Positions 53,223-62,026 of a stretch of DNA of 64,000 bases are shown here, one piece after another. A model generated the notes under the pieces. That model searched no databases and was not told where the DNA came from. It was given only the letters and a program-made list of their open reading frames with translations. The translations under genes and the position numbers were made by a program. Within the stretch, counting starts at the first letter, position 1; every line of letters starts with the position of its first letter. The DNA comes from an archaeon (GTDB lineage: Archaea; Nanobdellota; Nanobdellia; Woesearchaeales; JAADFO01), in NCBI GenBank assembly GCA_043817075.1, contig JBDRHG010000004.1, positions 45,767-109,766 on the forward strand, given 5' to 3'.

Positions 53223-54509
53223 ATGAAGGTATTGTTCGTCTCTGAATACTATCCGCCTCTCGCCAAGGGCGGCGGTGAGCACAGCTGCAAGCTGCTAGCC
53301 AAAGCGCTCCAGGAAGAAGGTGTGGACGTCGTCGTGCTCACATCCCGCGGCAAAGGGCTTCCGTCCTCAAGTGAAGAGGACGGCGTCCTTGTCCTCAGGC
53401 AGCTGTCCACCGGGAAGAATCCTGGTTCTTTCTTCTCGAACATTCATCGCGAAATGCTTTTCGGTCCTATGGCGAAGAAGACCATCAGGAACGTCGTGGC
53501 CAAGCATCGTCCTGATGTGGTGCACTATTTCAACACCACGAGCATTCTTGGTCGCCCGGACCTCGACATCCCGCAGGTCATGCATGTCAACAGTCCGGTG
53601 CTCTTCTGCCCCAAAGGAACCTTGATGTTCGAGGACCGTCATGCCTGTCATGAGTGTTGCACCTATCAGGTGTTCTCCGATTGCTTCGGCCTGTCCACGG
53701 AGGTCGGCAAGATGCGAATCGCTCCATGGATGCGCAACAATCCTCTGCTCAAGCGTTGGCTACACCGTTCTTTCCGGCGACGTATCGCTATCGCGCATAC
53801 CTTCGACCTCTACATGGCGACGAGCGGATTCATGCGCGGTCGTCTGCACAAGGAGGGCATAGCAAAGGGCAAGACCATCATCATCCCCAACATCATCGAG
53901 ACCGGAAGGTTCGATACTGCCAAAGCGCATCGCGGATCTCGGAACAGTTCGCAGATATCATCCTTGCATAAGACGCATCGTTTCCTCTATCTTGGTTTGC
54001 TCTCGCGGAACAAGGGTGTCATGGTCCTGCTGGAATCGTTGCGCCGGCTCCCCAAGGAGATCGGCAACCAATACCATTGCAGCATCTACGGTGCCGGACC
54101 CATCAAGGAAGAGGCTGCGGCATTCATCCGGCAGCATAAACTGCATGCTACCATGCATGCTGCGGTCCCAAAAGATCGGGTGCCGGCACTCATGGCGTCT
54201 CATGACACCGTGGTGTTCCCCTCCCTCATCCCGGAGGGTTTCGGCCGTGTCCCCATCGAGGCCATGGCCGCGGGATGCGCCGTCATCGCCTCCGATGCAG
54301 GTGCCCTGCCTGAGCTGGTCAGGGACGGCAAGGACGGGCTGGTCGTCAGGTCAGGTGCGCCCGAAGACCTCAAGACAGCGTTGCGTCGTCTCATCATCGA
54401 TAAAAAACTGCACGCGCATCTGGTGGCCGGCGGCAAGAAGCAGGCCCACGCCTATCGTGCCGGACCGATCGCCCGTGAGGTCAGAGAGGCATATCAGGCA
54501 CTGGTCTGA
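53223..54509 (+). CDS. family 4 (GT-B, GT1-type) glycosyltransferase
   Basis: MKVLFVSEYYPPLAKGGGEHSC..LAKAL.EEGVDVVVLT, and in the C-terminal half ..FPSL.PEGFGRVPIEAMAAGCAVIASDAGALPELV (EX7E region). The 676-aa track ORF is a frame read-through of the upstream GT2. Confidence 0.85.
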   Translation: MKVLFVSEYYPPLAKGGGEHSCKLLAKALQEEGVDVVVLTSRGKGLPSSSEEDGVLVLRQLSTGKNPGSFFSNIHREMLFGPMAKKTIRNVVAKHRPDVVHYFNTTSILGRPDLDIPQVMHVNSPVLFCPKGTLMFEDRHACHECCTYQVFSDCFGLSTEVGKMRIAPWMRNNPLLKRWLHRSFRRRIAIAHTFDLYMATSGFMRGRLHKEGIAKGKTIIIPNIIETGRFDTAKAHRGSRNSSQISSLHKTHRFLYLGLLSRNKGVMVLLESLRRLPKEIGNQYHCSIYGAGPIKEEAAAFIRQHKLHATMHAAVPKDRVPALMASHDTVVFPSLIPEGFGRVPIEAMAAGCAVIASDAGALPELVRDGKDGLVVRSGAPEDLKTALRRLIIDKKLHAHLVAGGKKQAHAYRAGPIAREVREAYQALV

Positions 54510-54571
54510 ACCTTCATCTCGGACAGGACCTTTAATCGTTGACCTTCAGAACAAGTTTTTATCAATCTGCA

Positions 54572-55744
54572 TCAATTTTTCTTCATGAGCGACAATCTCT
54601 TGTCGATGCATGCCAACATCTCGCGCACCACATGCGGCCAGGTCAGTTCCCGTTTGATGCGTTGATGGGCCTGTCTTACCAGGCTCTTCGCGAACGAGGT
54701 GTCGTTGAGCAGGCTGGCGAGCTTGTCGGCGATATCCTTCGGATCGAGGGGATCGACCAGAAGGCCGGTCTTCCCGTCATGGACTGCATCTGGTATCCCG
54801 CCGGAATTGCCTCCGATGGTCGGTACGCCTGTGGATTGTGCCTCGACAAAGGAGATGCCGAAACCCTCGACGTCTGGTCGCTCGGTGATCTCGCGGCTCG
54901 CCATGATGAATGCGTCGGCCGCTCCGTACCAATGGGTCAGGTCTTCGTTCTTGACGAATCCCTTGAAGAGCACTTCCTCGTCCAGTCCCAGGTCCTCGGT
55001 GAGGTTCTGCAGTGCGCCCCGGTAGGGCCCATCGCCCACGATGGCATATGAGAACGGTTCTTTGACGAGCTCTTTGAGTCTCGGCAGGGATTTGATAACC
55101 ATGTCATGCCCTTTATAGTCGTCGAGACGGGAGACGGTAAGGATGACTTTTCGCTTGGGATTCAGACCCAGGTGCCGTTTCGCTTTTCCCTTGTCCATGG
55201 GTGAGAATGATTTCGGGTAGACGCCATTGGGGACGAAGAACACCTTCGATGCCATGACCCCGTCGCGTACCAGGATATCCCGGGTGAAATTGCTCACCGC
55301 ATATGTGCAGATGCTACGGTTGAAGATGGAGATGCGTACCCATCTCAGCAATTTCTTGATGCGCTTGACCATGGTCGATGTCGAGTCCATCACTTCGACG
55401 CCATGCGCCGTGACCGTATATCTTATCCTGAGCACCCATGACAGAAACCAGGGAACGATGCCGCACGGATACCACATATGCGTCATCACCAGGTCGGTCT
55501 GGCCTTTGACCAATCTCTTGGCGATGAGGTGTGTGGCGGAGAGTTCCCTGAATAAGAACCGGGGATTGATGCGGGTGATGGGCAGCTTTGTCGTCGCGTC
55601 ATATACCGCGTCTCCGGGCTCATGAGGGGTGATGACCTCGACGTCATGCCCTTGCTTCACCAGCTCGTGGGCGATGTCGGTCGAGTACTGTGACATGCCT
55701 CCGGGCATAGGCCGGAACTCGACAGTGTAGATCAGTATCCTCAT
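54572..55744 (-). CDS. family 4 glycosyltransferase
   Basis: MRILIYTVEFRPMPGGMSQY....A.EL.KQGHDVEVITP and ..EGFGISFVEAQSTGVPTIGGNSGGIPDAV. Confidence 0.85.
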   Translation of the reverse strand: MRILIYTVEFRPMPGGMSQYSTDIAHELVKQGHDVEVITPHEPGDAVYDATTKLPITRINPRFLFRELSATHLIAKRLVKGQTDLVMTHMWYPCGIVPWFLSWVLRIRYTVTAHGVEVMDSTSTMVKRIKKLLRWVRISIFNRSICTYAVSNFTRDILVRDGVMASKVFFVPNGVYPKSFSPMDKGKAKRHLGLNPKRKVILTVSRLDDYKGHDMVIKSLPRLKELVKEPFSYAIVGDGPYRGALQNLTEDLGLDEEVLFKGFVKNEDLTHWYGAADAFIMASREITERPDVEGFGISFVEAQSTGVPTIGGNSGGIPDAVHDGKTGLLVDPLDPKDIADKLASLLNDTSFAKSLVRQAHQRIKRELTWPHVVREMLACIDKRLSLMKKN

Positions 55745-55851
55745 GCCGTCGTGGAGGATATGCCTCTATATAAATCATGTGGCGACGCTGCCGACGACGC
55801 TAGCGAAACCAATTAGAAACCATTTAATATCCCTCATCGCACCGATACATC

Positions 55852-56775
55852 ATGCCTGTCTCCAAGGGACCACCTCATGGGCCATTGAAGGGCTTCTCCC
55901 GCTTCCAGGAGCGTCGTAGCCTCGCCAATATCGGTGCGGCCTTCAGGAGAACGCCTCAACCCGTGATGCCTGGACGTATCAGCATGCTTCTCACCTGTGA
56001 CGTAGAGGTAGGTCCGTCCGGTTCGGTACAGGATGCCAAGAAACGGACCGATCGCCTCGTCTCTTTCCTCAAGGGCTATGGGCCCGGGACGATGTTCCTC
56101 GATGCGGGTCTGGTCGAAGGAGGGAAGCCTTGGGACCTAGGCGACAGCGAGATTGGCAGCCATGGATATCTCCACATCCCTGTCGGGGATGACTGGTGGG
56201 TCAAGCGCGACACCCGTCCGATGGGTGCCGATGACGTGATCAAGCGGAGCCACGACATCATCAAGGATGTATATGGTGTCGGACCCCGGGCCTTTCGGGC
56301 CCCGAAATTCTCCATCTCTAAATCGGGTCTCAACACACTGCGAAACGTTGGATTCTCAATCGATTCGTCGATGCCGCCGTATAATCCGACATTGTTGCCC
56401 TTCAGGCTCAGCGAGCAAGGTAAAGGCGCGGGCTCGAAAGAGGGCGCTGGATCGTCACGCGGCTTGGTCGAAGTGCCTGTCTCGCGCATGCCGAGGCCGA
56501 ACATCCGGCCGCTGCCGCTGCCACACCTCCGTTATGATAGCCTGATGATGGGGTTGCTCAACGATTACGGTCCGGATCATCTCGTCGACATCGCCAAGGA
56601 CATCCTGTCCTATTGGCATGGGCAGAAGGATCCTATGCTCTGCTTCCTCTGCCACCCATGGGAGATCGACGAGCACTCATTGCTCAACCTCGACCGCTTC
56701 CTCAAAACTCTCGAGAAAGAGACCAAGATAGACTACATCTCCATGTCGGATTATGTCAAGAAGGCGAAGATCTGA
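55852..56775 (+). CDS. polysaccharide deacetylase-like (CE4-type) protein
   Basis: MLLTCDVE.. (the TFDVE-type motif), ..EIGSHGYLH.. (H-x-x-H metal motif region) and ..RAFRAPKFS... The start is uncertain: 55852, preceded by a TATA-like catttaatatcc, or an internal Met. Confidence 0.6.
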   Translation: MPVSKGPPHGPLKGFSRFQERRSLANIGAAFRRTPQPVMPGRISMLLTCDVEVGPSGSVQDAKKRTDRLVSFLKGYGPGTMFLDAGLVEGGKPWDLGDSEIGSHGYLHIPVGDDWWVKRDTRPMGADDVIKRSHDIIKDVYGVGPRAFRAPKFSISKSGLNTLRNVGFSIDSSMPPYNPTLLPFRLSEQGKGAGSKEGAGSSRGLVEVPVSRMPRPNIRPLPLPHLRYDSLMMGLLNDYGPDHLVDIAKDILSYWHGQKDPMLCFLCHPWEIDEHSLLNLDRFLKTLEKETKIDYISMSDYVKKAKI

Positions 56776-56795
56776 GACATGCAATCCTCCTACTT

Positions 56796-57794
56796 CTATT
56801 GTCTCGATGATGAACCTAGTCGCTTCAACTTGCTCAGCATCTTCCTCGTGAGCCGGAACAGCCCGTAGAGCAGATGGGAGACCACGACGCGTGTCTCGTA
56901 CGGCCGGATGACACCGCCCATGGACCGCTTGAACTTCGCGACCGGGTCATCAGGGAGCGACGGGCCCATGTCGAAGAGCTCGTACTGATGCTCCAGGCCG
57001 AAGCGGAGCATCTCCCAGTACAGCATATTGTTGGGTGCGAGGTTGAGCGCTTCGCGCTTGGCCGCGGCATAGGGATTGGCCAGCCTGTTCCCGTGTCCGA
57101 TCATGACCGCGCTTGCGACGACTTCTTTGTCATGCCGCACGAGGCAGAGGAAGCTCTCTTCGCATTCCGAGAAGAGATAGGTGAAATAGTCGATGGGGTA
57201 CGCCGGCGAGCCGAAACGTTCCATGCGCTCTTCATAGAGACGGTAAAACTCCCCCAGCTGGTCGACGGAGTCGACGCCCTTGATGAATTCTGTCGTCAGC
57301 CCGTTCTTCTTGGCCTTCCGGACGAGGTTGCGTGATTCCTTCTGGAGGTCCTGGGTCCACATGTCCTCCTCGTTCTTGCCTGGGAACGGGAAGATGAAGG
57401 TGACGGCGTGGTCTGGATTACGGTCCTTGTCAGGTATGGTCCTCTCCTCTTCCTCACCCATCTCATTGAGCGAGATGTAGACACAGAGCGGACCGAGCTT
57501 CTTCTTGACTGCGTCGACGAATTCGTCGGTGGGGATGACGCCGAGCGACCCCCAGGTCTGATAGCGGGAGAAGAGCGAGAAGTCTTCGCGGACGAGCGGC
57601 AGGATACCGTCAATACCGCCGTCCTCCTCATCCTCATGCACCCAGATGGCGAATGAATTGCCACGGAACCGTTCGGAGTAGAGGCTGGTCAGCGTCTGTT
57701 CGAATACCTTGGGCGGGTAGCGCTTGAGGAAATGTTCCAGCGCGGTCTTATGCTTAGTCACATTCCCCGGATGGATGCAGTAGAGAGATGGCAT
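56796..57794 (-). CDS. FemAB-like / GNAT-fold acyl(aminoacyl)transferase
   Basis: 332 aa from ATG 57794 (MPSLYCIHPG..). The C-terminal half ..SRNLVRKAKKNGL.....G.........FYRLYEERMERFGSPAYP..YF..L........L.....D.EVVASAV......RLANPYAAA.REAL.L.PNN.LYWEM..FG resembles FemAB-related/Acetyltransf_6 proteins of EPS loci. The track's longer form overlaps asnB. Confidence 0.6.
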   Translation of the reverse strand: MPSLYCIHPGNVTKHKTALEHFLKRYPPKVFEQTLTSLYSERFRGNSFAIWVHEDEEDGGIDGILPLVREDFSLFSRYQTWGSLGVIPTDEFVDAVKKKLGPLCVYISLNEMGEEEERTIPDKDRNPDHAVTFIFPFPGKNEEDMWTQDLQKESRNLVRKAKKNGLTTEFIKGVDSVDQLGEFYRLYEERMERFGSPAYPIDYFTYLFSECEESFLCLVRHDKEVVASAVMIGHGNRLANPYAAAKREALNLAPNNMLYWEMLRFGLEHQYELFDMGPSLPDDPVAKFKRSMGGVIRPYETRVVVSHLLYGLFRLTRKMLSKLKRLGSSSRQ

Positions 57795-57804
57795 GGTCAC
57801 GTGC

Positions 57805-59676
57805 TCACAGTTTCGATGGGCTGACTCCCTCGATATATATCTTGTGCCAGCTGGCGAACGTGATGAGATTGTTGAGTTGGAAAGCGTAGTCCTCCTTGCC
57901 GCTCCGGTGCAAGTGCAGGATGCGGTCCACAGCCTTGCCGTCGAGGTAGGGAGCCATCGCCTTGTCGCGGAGGAGGTCGTCGGCGTAGCTGCGCAGCTCG
58001 CGTTTGAACCATTCTCCTGTCGGCAGGGTGAATCCGTGCTTCTTGCGGTCGATGATCTGCCGCGGCAGATACCGTCGGGCGACTTTCTTCTGGAGTATCT
58101 TCGTCTGCATACCATGCAGTTTCATCTTCGCAGGGATGTGCGCGACATACTCGAATAACCGGTGGTCGAGGAACGGCACTCTCGCCTCAAGGCTGGTCAT
58201 CATGGACGTCCTGTCGACCTTGGCCAGGAGGTCGTCGGGTAGCCAGGTCTTGGCCTCGAAGTAGAGGTTCTGATGCAGGCGCGAGTAGCCTTGCATCTTT
58301 TCCCTATACTGGGAGAAGACATCTTCGTTGTCTATCTCTATACGCTTCTTCACGTCTTTGCTCAGCACCTCTTCGCGATGCGGTTGGTCGAACACGCAGC
58401 CCCATGCGGCCGCGCGCTTCACCGGAGATTTGATGCCGAGGATGTCGGCCGCTCTCCTTGCCTTGTGTGTACGGGGCAGCGCCTTTGTCCAGAAGCGTGG
58501 CATGGCGCGCAGGTAGTCAGAATAATGGTTGAGTATGCTCTGACGGTAGCCGACGAATATCTCGTCTGCGCCGTCGCCGGCCAGCGCCACGGTCACCTTG
58601 CGCTTTGCGAGTTTCGAGATCATATAGGTCGGGATGGAGGCGAGGTCGCTCATGGGCTCGTCCATATGGTAAGTCACTTGCGGCATCATCTTGATGATGT
58701 CGTCGAATGACATGATGAGCTCGTGGTGGACAGTGCCGAACTTCTCCGCCACCAAGTTGGCGTGTTCGAGCTCGTTGTGGATAGCTATCCCTCTCCCTGC
58801 CTCGGTGTCAAATCCGACCGAGAAGGTCTTGACCGGTTCGCTGGAATGCTTGGCCATGATTGCCGTGATCAGGCTGGAGTCCAGACCGCCGGAGAGGAAG
58901 ACGCCGAGCGGCACGTCGCTGATCATGCGTCGTCTCACCGAGTCGGTGAGCAGCGAATCGATCCGTTTGAGGGCATCGGCTTCGCGGACCGGTCTCTCCG
59001 AGAAATCCATCTCCCAGTATTTCGTCACCGAAAGTTTCTTCTTGGCCAGGTCGTATTCCATGTAGTGGCCGGGCTGCAGTTTCTGGATACCATCGAGGAT
59101 GGATTCTGGACCAGGGACATACTTGAATGTGAGATAGTTGTTGAAAGCGCGGAGATTGATCTTGCGCTTGATACGGTCATCCTCCAGAAGGGCCTTGAGT
59201 TCGGATGCGAAGATGAGCCCGCCATCCTGTTTCTTATCCATATGATAGTACAGCGGCTTGATGCCGAGTCGGTCGCGTGCGATGAACAGCTTCTTCTTAT
59301 CCATGTCATAGATGCAGAGGCCGAACATGCCGTTGAGGCGGCCGAGGCATGCGGTGCCGTACTCTTCGTAGGCATGCACTATGGCCTCGGTGTCGGTATG
59401 CGACGAGAATCGGTGCCCTTTCTTCTCGAGGTCCTCGCGGAGCTCCTTGAAGTTGTAGACCTCGCCGTTGAAGAAGATAGCGATATTCTTGTCTTCGTTG
59501 AAGATGGGCTGATCGCCTGCAGGGGAGAGATCGATGATGGCGAGACGCCTGAATCCCAACGAGACATGCTTGTCTATCAGGAATCCGTCGCTGTCAGGGC
59601 CACGGTGCTCAAGCTTCTTGGCCATGCGCTTGACCAGCGCCTTGTCTTCCCAGGTGATGCCACATATGCCGCACAT
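57805..59676 (-). CDS. asnB: asparagine synthetase (glutamine-hydrolysing)-family amidotransferase
   Basis: MCGICGI (N-terminal nucleophile Cys), ..HRGPDS.G and the PP-loop LSGGLDSS. 623 aa. Confidence 0.92.
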   Translation of the reverse strand: MCGICGITWEDKALVKRMAKKLEHRGPDSDGFLIDKHVSLGFRRLAIIDLSPAGDQPIFNEDKNIAIFFNGEVYNFKELREDLEKKGHRFSSHTDTEAIVHAYEEYGTACLGRLNGMFGLCIYDMDKKKLFIARDRLGIKPLYYHMDKKQDGGLIFASELKALLEDDRIKRKINLRAFNNYLTFKYVPGPESILDGIQKLQPGHYMEYDLAKKKLSVTKYWEMDFSERPVREADALKRIDSLLTDSVRRRMISDVPLGVFLSGGLDSSLITAIMAKHSSEPVKTFSVGFDTEAGRGIAIHNELEHANLVAEKFGTVHHELIMSFDDIIKMMPQVTYHMDEPMSDLASIPTYMISKLAKRKVTVALAGDGADEIFVGYRQSILNHYSDYLRAMPRFWTKALPRTHKARRAADILGIKSPVKRAAAWGCVFDQPHREEVLSKDVKKRIEIDNEDVFSQYREKMQGYSRLHQNLYFEAKTWLPDDLLAKVDRTSMMTSLEARVPFLDHRLFEYVAHIPAKMKLHGMQTKILQKKVARRYLPRQIIDRKKHGFTLPTGEWFKRELRSYADDLLRDKAMAPYLDGKAVDRILHLHRSGKEDYAFQLNNLITFASWHKIYIEGVSPSKL

Positions 59677-59721
59677 GAGATAGAATGGATAGGGAAATGG
59701 TTTAACAATGTTATGATTTCT

Positions 59722-61023
59722 CTACTTTTTGCGCCGTTCAGAGGCCAGATTGAGCAGTATGGTCTCTATCCGGTCTGCATAAGTGCGGTCGGTGATCTTC
59801 GCGTTCACGAAATCCTTGCCCGCTTTGGCCAGGCGGTCATGCATCGTCTTGTCCGTGGTCAATCTCTTGATATGCGATGTCAGCTTCGCGACGTCTCCCG
59901 GCGTGTAGAGCACCGCGGTCTTGCCGTCATCGAGCACTTCTTTTACTCCTGTCCCCTTTGACACGATCGCAGGTGTCCCCGATGCCAACGCCTCGAGCAC
60001 GGCGAGTCCCCAGGTCTGTTGGTCATTGGGGAAGATGAAGACGTCGGCGGCCGCATAGTAGTCAGGCAATTCGTCGTCCGGCACATAGCCTGCGAACGAG
60101 ACCTGTTTCTCGAGCCCCTCTTTCTTGACGAGTTGCTTTATATGCTGGAAATAGGCTGGATTGAGATGGCTGTCGCCGACGATGACGAGCCGCGTCCTCT
60201 TATCATCGAGGTTTCCGAGCGCGGAGACGACGTCCTCGTAACGGCGATGCGGCATGAAGAGCCCCACGCAGAGCAGCATACGTTCAGTCTGGCCGATGCC
60301 GAGCTTCTTGCGCACGCCCGTGCCGTCCCGATTCTTGAACTGTCCGACCTGAATGCCGCTACGCACGATCTCCGCCTTCTTGCCGTAGAATTCCTTGACC
60401 ATGCGTTGGTTCTTGGTGTCGAGCACCGCGACCTTGTCGATCCTCCTGGAGAGCAACCAGTCGAAGGAACGAAGTTTCCAGTTGGAGATTGCACGGAACA
60501 GCGCGAACGGGCCTTTGGCGTACTTGCCGCCGCCTTCCCCGTACGATGTCGAGGTCTTCTTGATCTCTTTCCAGGTGAACCAATGTGGAGGGTCGTTGCA
60601 CATCCACAACAGCGCGGTGTCTTTTCGCGCTCCCAGCACCCCGACCCAATGTGACGGATCATCCTGGACGAAGAGCGCGTCGAATCGGCCGGCTTTCCTC
60701 ACCATATGTCTCATGCGGCAGATGTCGAGCGTATGTTTGAGGAAGAACTCTGGGAACGGACCGCGTCGTCCGAGCGGCAGTTCGAGAGAACGCATATCGA
60801 GGTCTTTGGTGAGCTGTGGGAAGCATGATTCGCGCTTGAACTGCCGCGTGAACACGACGCATTCATGGCCGCGGTCATGCAGGTTCTTTGCCAGCTGCAG
60901 TATCTGACGGTCGGCGCCGCCTTCGAAGGTGAGCTTTGGATGGATGAATCCGACGCGCAGATGGCGCCCGCCCTGCTGTCTCTTCTCGGTCTTGGCGCCT
61001 TTCGCTTTCGTCTTTCCTGCCAT
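59722..61023 (-). CDS. family 4 glycosyltransferase
   Basis: LRVGFIHPKLTFEGGADRQILQLAKNLHDRGHECVVFT and the C-terminal ..FPNDQQTWGLAVLEALASGTPAIVSKGTGVKEVL. Confidence 0.8.
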   Translation of the reverse strand: MAGKTKAKGAKTEKRQQGGRHLRVGFIHPKLTFEGGADRQILQLAKNLHDRGHECVVFTRQFKRESCFPQLTKDLDMRSLELPLGRRGPFPEFFLKHTLDICRMRHMVRKAGRFDALFVQDDPSHWVGVLGARKDTALLWMCNDPPHWFTWKEIKKTSTSYGEGGGKYAKGPFALFRAISNWKLRSFDWLLSRRIDKVAVLDTKNQRMVKEFYGKKAEIVRSGIQVGQFKNRDGTGVRKKLGIGQTERMLLCVGLFMPHRRYEDVVSALGNLDDKRTRLVIVGDSHLNPAYFQHIKQLVKKEGLEKQVSFAGYVPDDELPDYYAAADVFIFPNDQQTWGLAVLEALASGTPAIVSKGTGVKEVLDDGKTAVLYTPGDVAKLTSHIKRLTTDKTMHDRLAKAGKDFVNAKITDRTYADRIETILLNLASERRKK

Positions 61024-61030
61024 GCGCGCT

Positions 61031-61930
61031 TCACTTCTCCGGCTTGAGATAGCGGCTTTTGATCTTGTGGCCGTAGGTGACGAGTTCCTTGAGCGGCTTC
61101 TTCAAACCTTGCTTCTCGCAGAGATGGTTCCAATATTTCACATGGGCCAGGAAGATGTAGATCGCTCCGAACATGGCGTAGACGAGTCCTGGTATGCCGC
61201 TGCGGTAGCCGCGTCTCCAGAAGAAAGCCCACATGAAGAAGAGTTTAGGGTACCACAGGAGGAACCACATGGTCGACCAGAAGCTTCTGGGATTCACGCG
61301 GATCTTGAAGCGGCCGAAGATGACGCCGAGCTTCTCCATGCGCCCGACCTCGAGGGTGGTGTACTGGTTCATCTTCGCGATCCAGTCCTCGACCTTGGGG
61401 TAATTATGGTGGATGATGAAGTTCTGCAGCCTGCCGAAGGGACCTTCGAAGGAGTCACCTTCGTGCACGCCCCGACGCTCGTCGTAATGGGGTTTGGCTT
61501 CCATCGAGACCAGCATATCATTGTAGCAGGGGAACCAGTCGCCGCCCTCGAGCGCATAGCCGTCGAGGAAGATGTTGTAGTAGGAGACCATGTATCCCTT
61601 GTACTTTGGATTCTTGATGGTCTGCTTGATCTCGCGGATCAGCTCTGGCGTCGCTTCCATATCACTGTCGACATAGAGCACCCAGTCCGTCCTGATCTTC
61701 GACAGCGCGAAGTTGCGCTGCTTCGGATAGCCGGGCCAGGGATTGGTGTAGATGTTCACATTTCGGTATTTCCTGGCGATGTCGAGGGTGCGGTCCTTGC
61801 TGCCGCCGTCGATGACCAGTACCTCATCGACATCCTTGAGAGAATCCAAGCAGGCCTTGATGGTGTCCTCATTGTCGGTGGTGAGGATGTACGCGGACAA
61901 TGTCGGTTCCTTGGCCTTGGTTCCTGCCAT
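61031..61930 (-). CDS. family 2 glycosyltransferase
   Basis: LSAYILTTDNEDTIKACLDSLKDVDEVLVIDGGSKDRT and ..YVDSDME (DxD). Confidence 0.8.
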   Translation of the reverse strand: MAGTKAKEPTLSAYILTTDNEDTIKACLDSLKDVDEVLVIDGGSKDRTLDIARKYRNVNIYTNPWPGYPKQRNFALSKIRTDWVLYVDSDMEATPELIREIKQTIKNPKYKGYMVSYYNIFLDGYALEGGDWFPCYNDMLVSMEAKPHYDERRGVHEGDSFEGPFGRLQNFIIHHNYPKVEDWIAKMNQYTTLEVGRMEKLGVIFGRFKIRVNPRSFWSTMWFLLWYPKLFFMWAFFWRRGYRSGIPGLVYAMFGAIYIFLAHVKYWNHLCEKQGLKKPLKELVTYGHKIKSRYLKPEK

Positions 61931-62026
61931 GCTGACCGGAAAGACATTCTGGGCTCTTATAAAGGTTTCTATGCGCTCTCCTCGAGGAGGGAAACATTTA
62001 AATGGCTCTCGGAGGTCTCAACGAAC

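Noticed and set aside
58723-59961. 412-aa ORF antisense to asnB and the neighbouring GT4
   Set aside because: It spans two well-supported minus-strand genes and their intergenic gap. It has no recognisable motif, and the opposite strand has the unmistakable MCGICGI/SGGLDSS AsnB signatures.
60929-62026. 5' two-fifths of the 808-aa plus-strand ORF
   Set aside because: This part is antisense to the GT4 (59722-61023) and GT2 (61031-61930) genes and is Arg/Val/Asp/Glu-biased. The membrane protein clearly begins at ATG 62027, after the GT2 start region.
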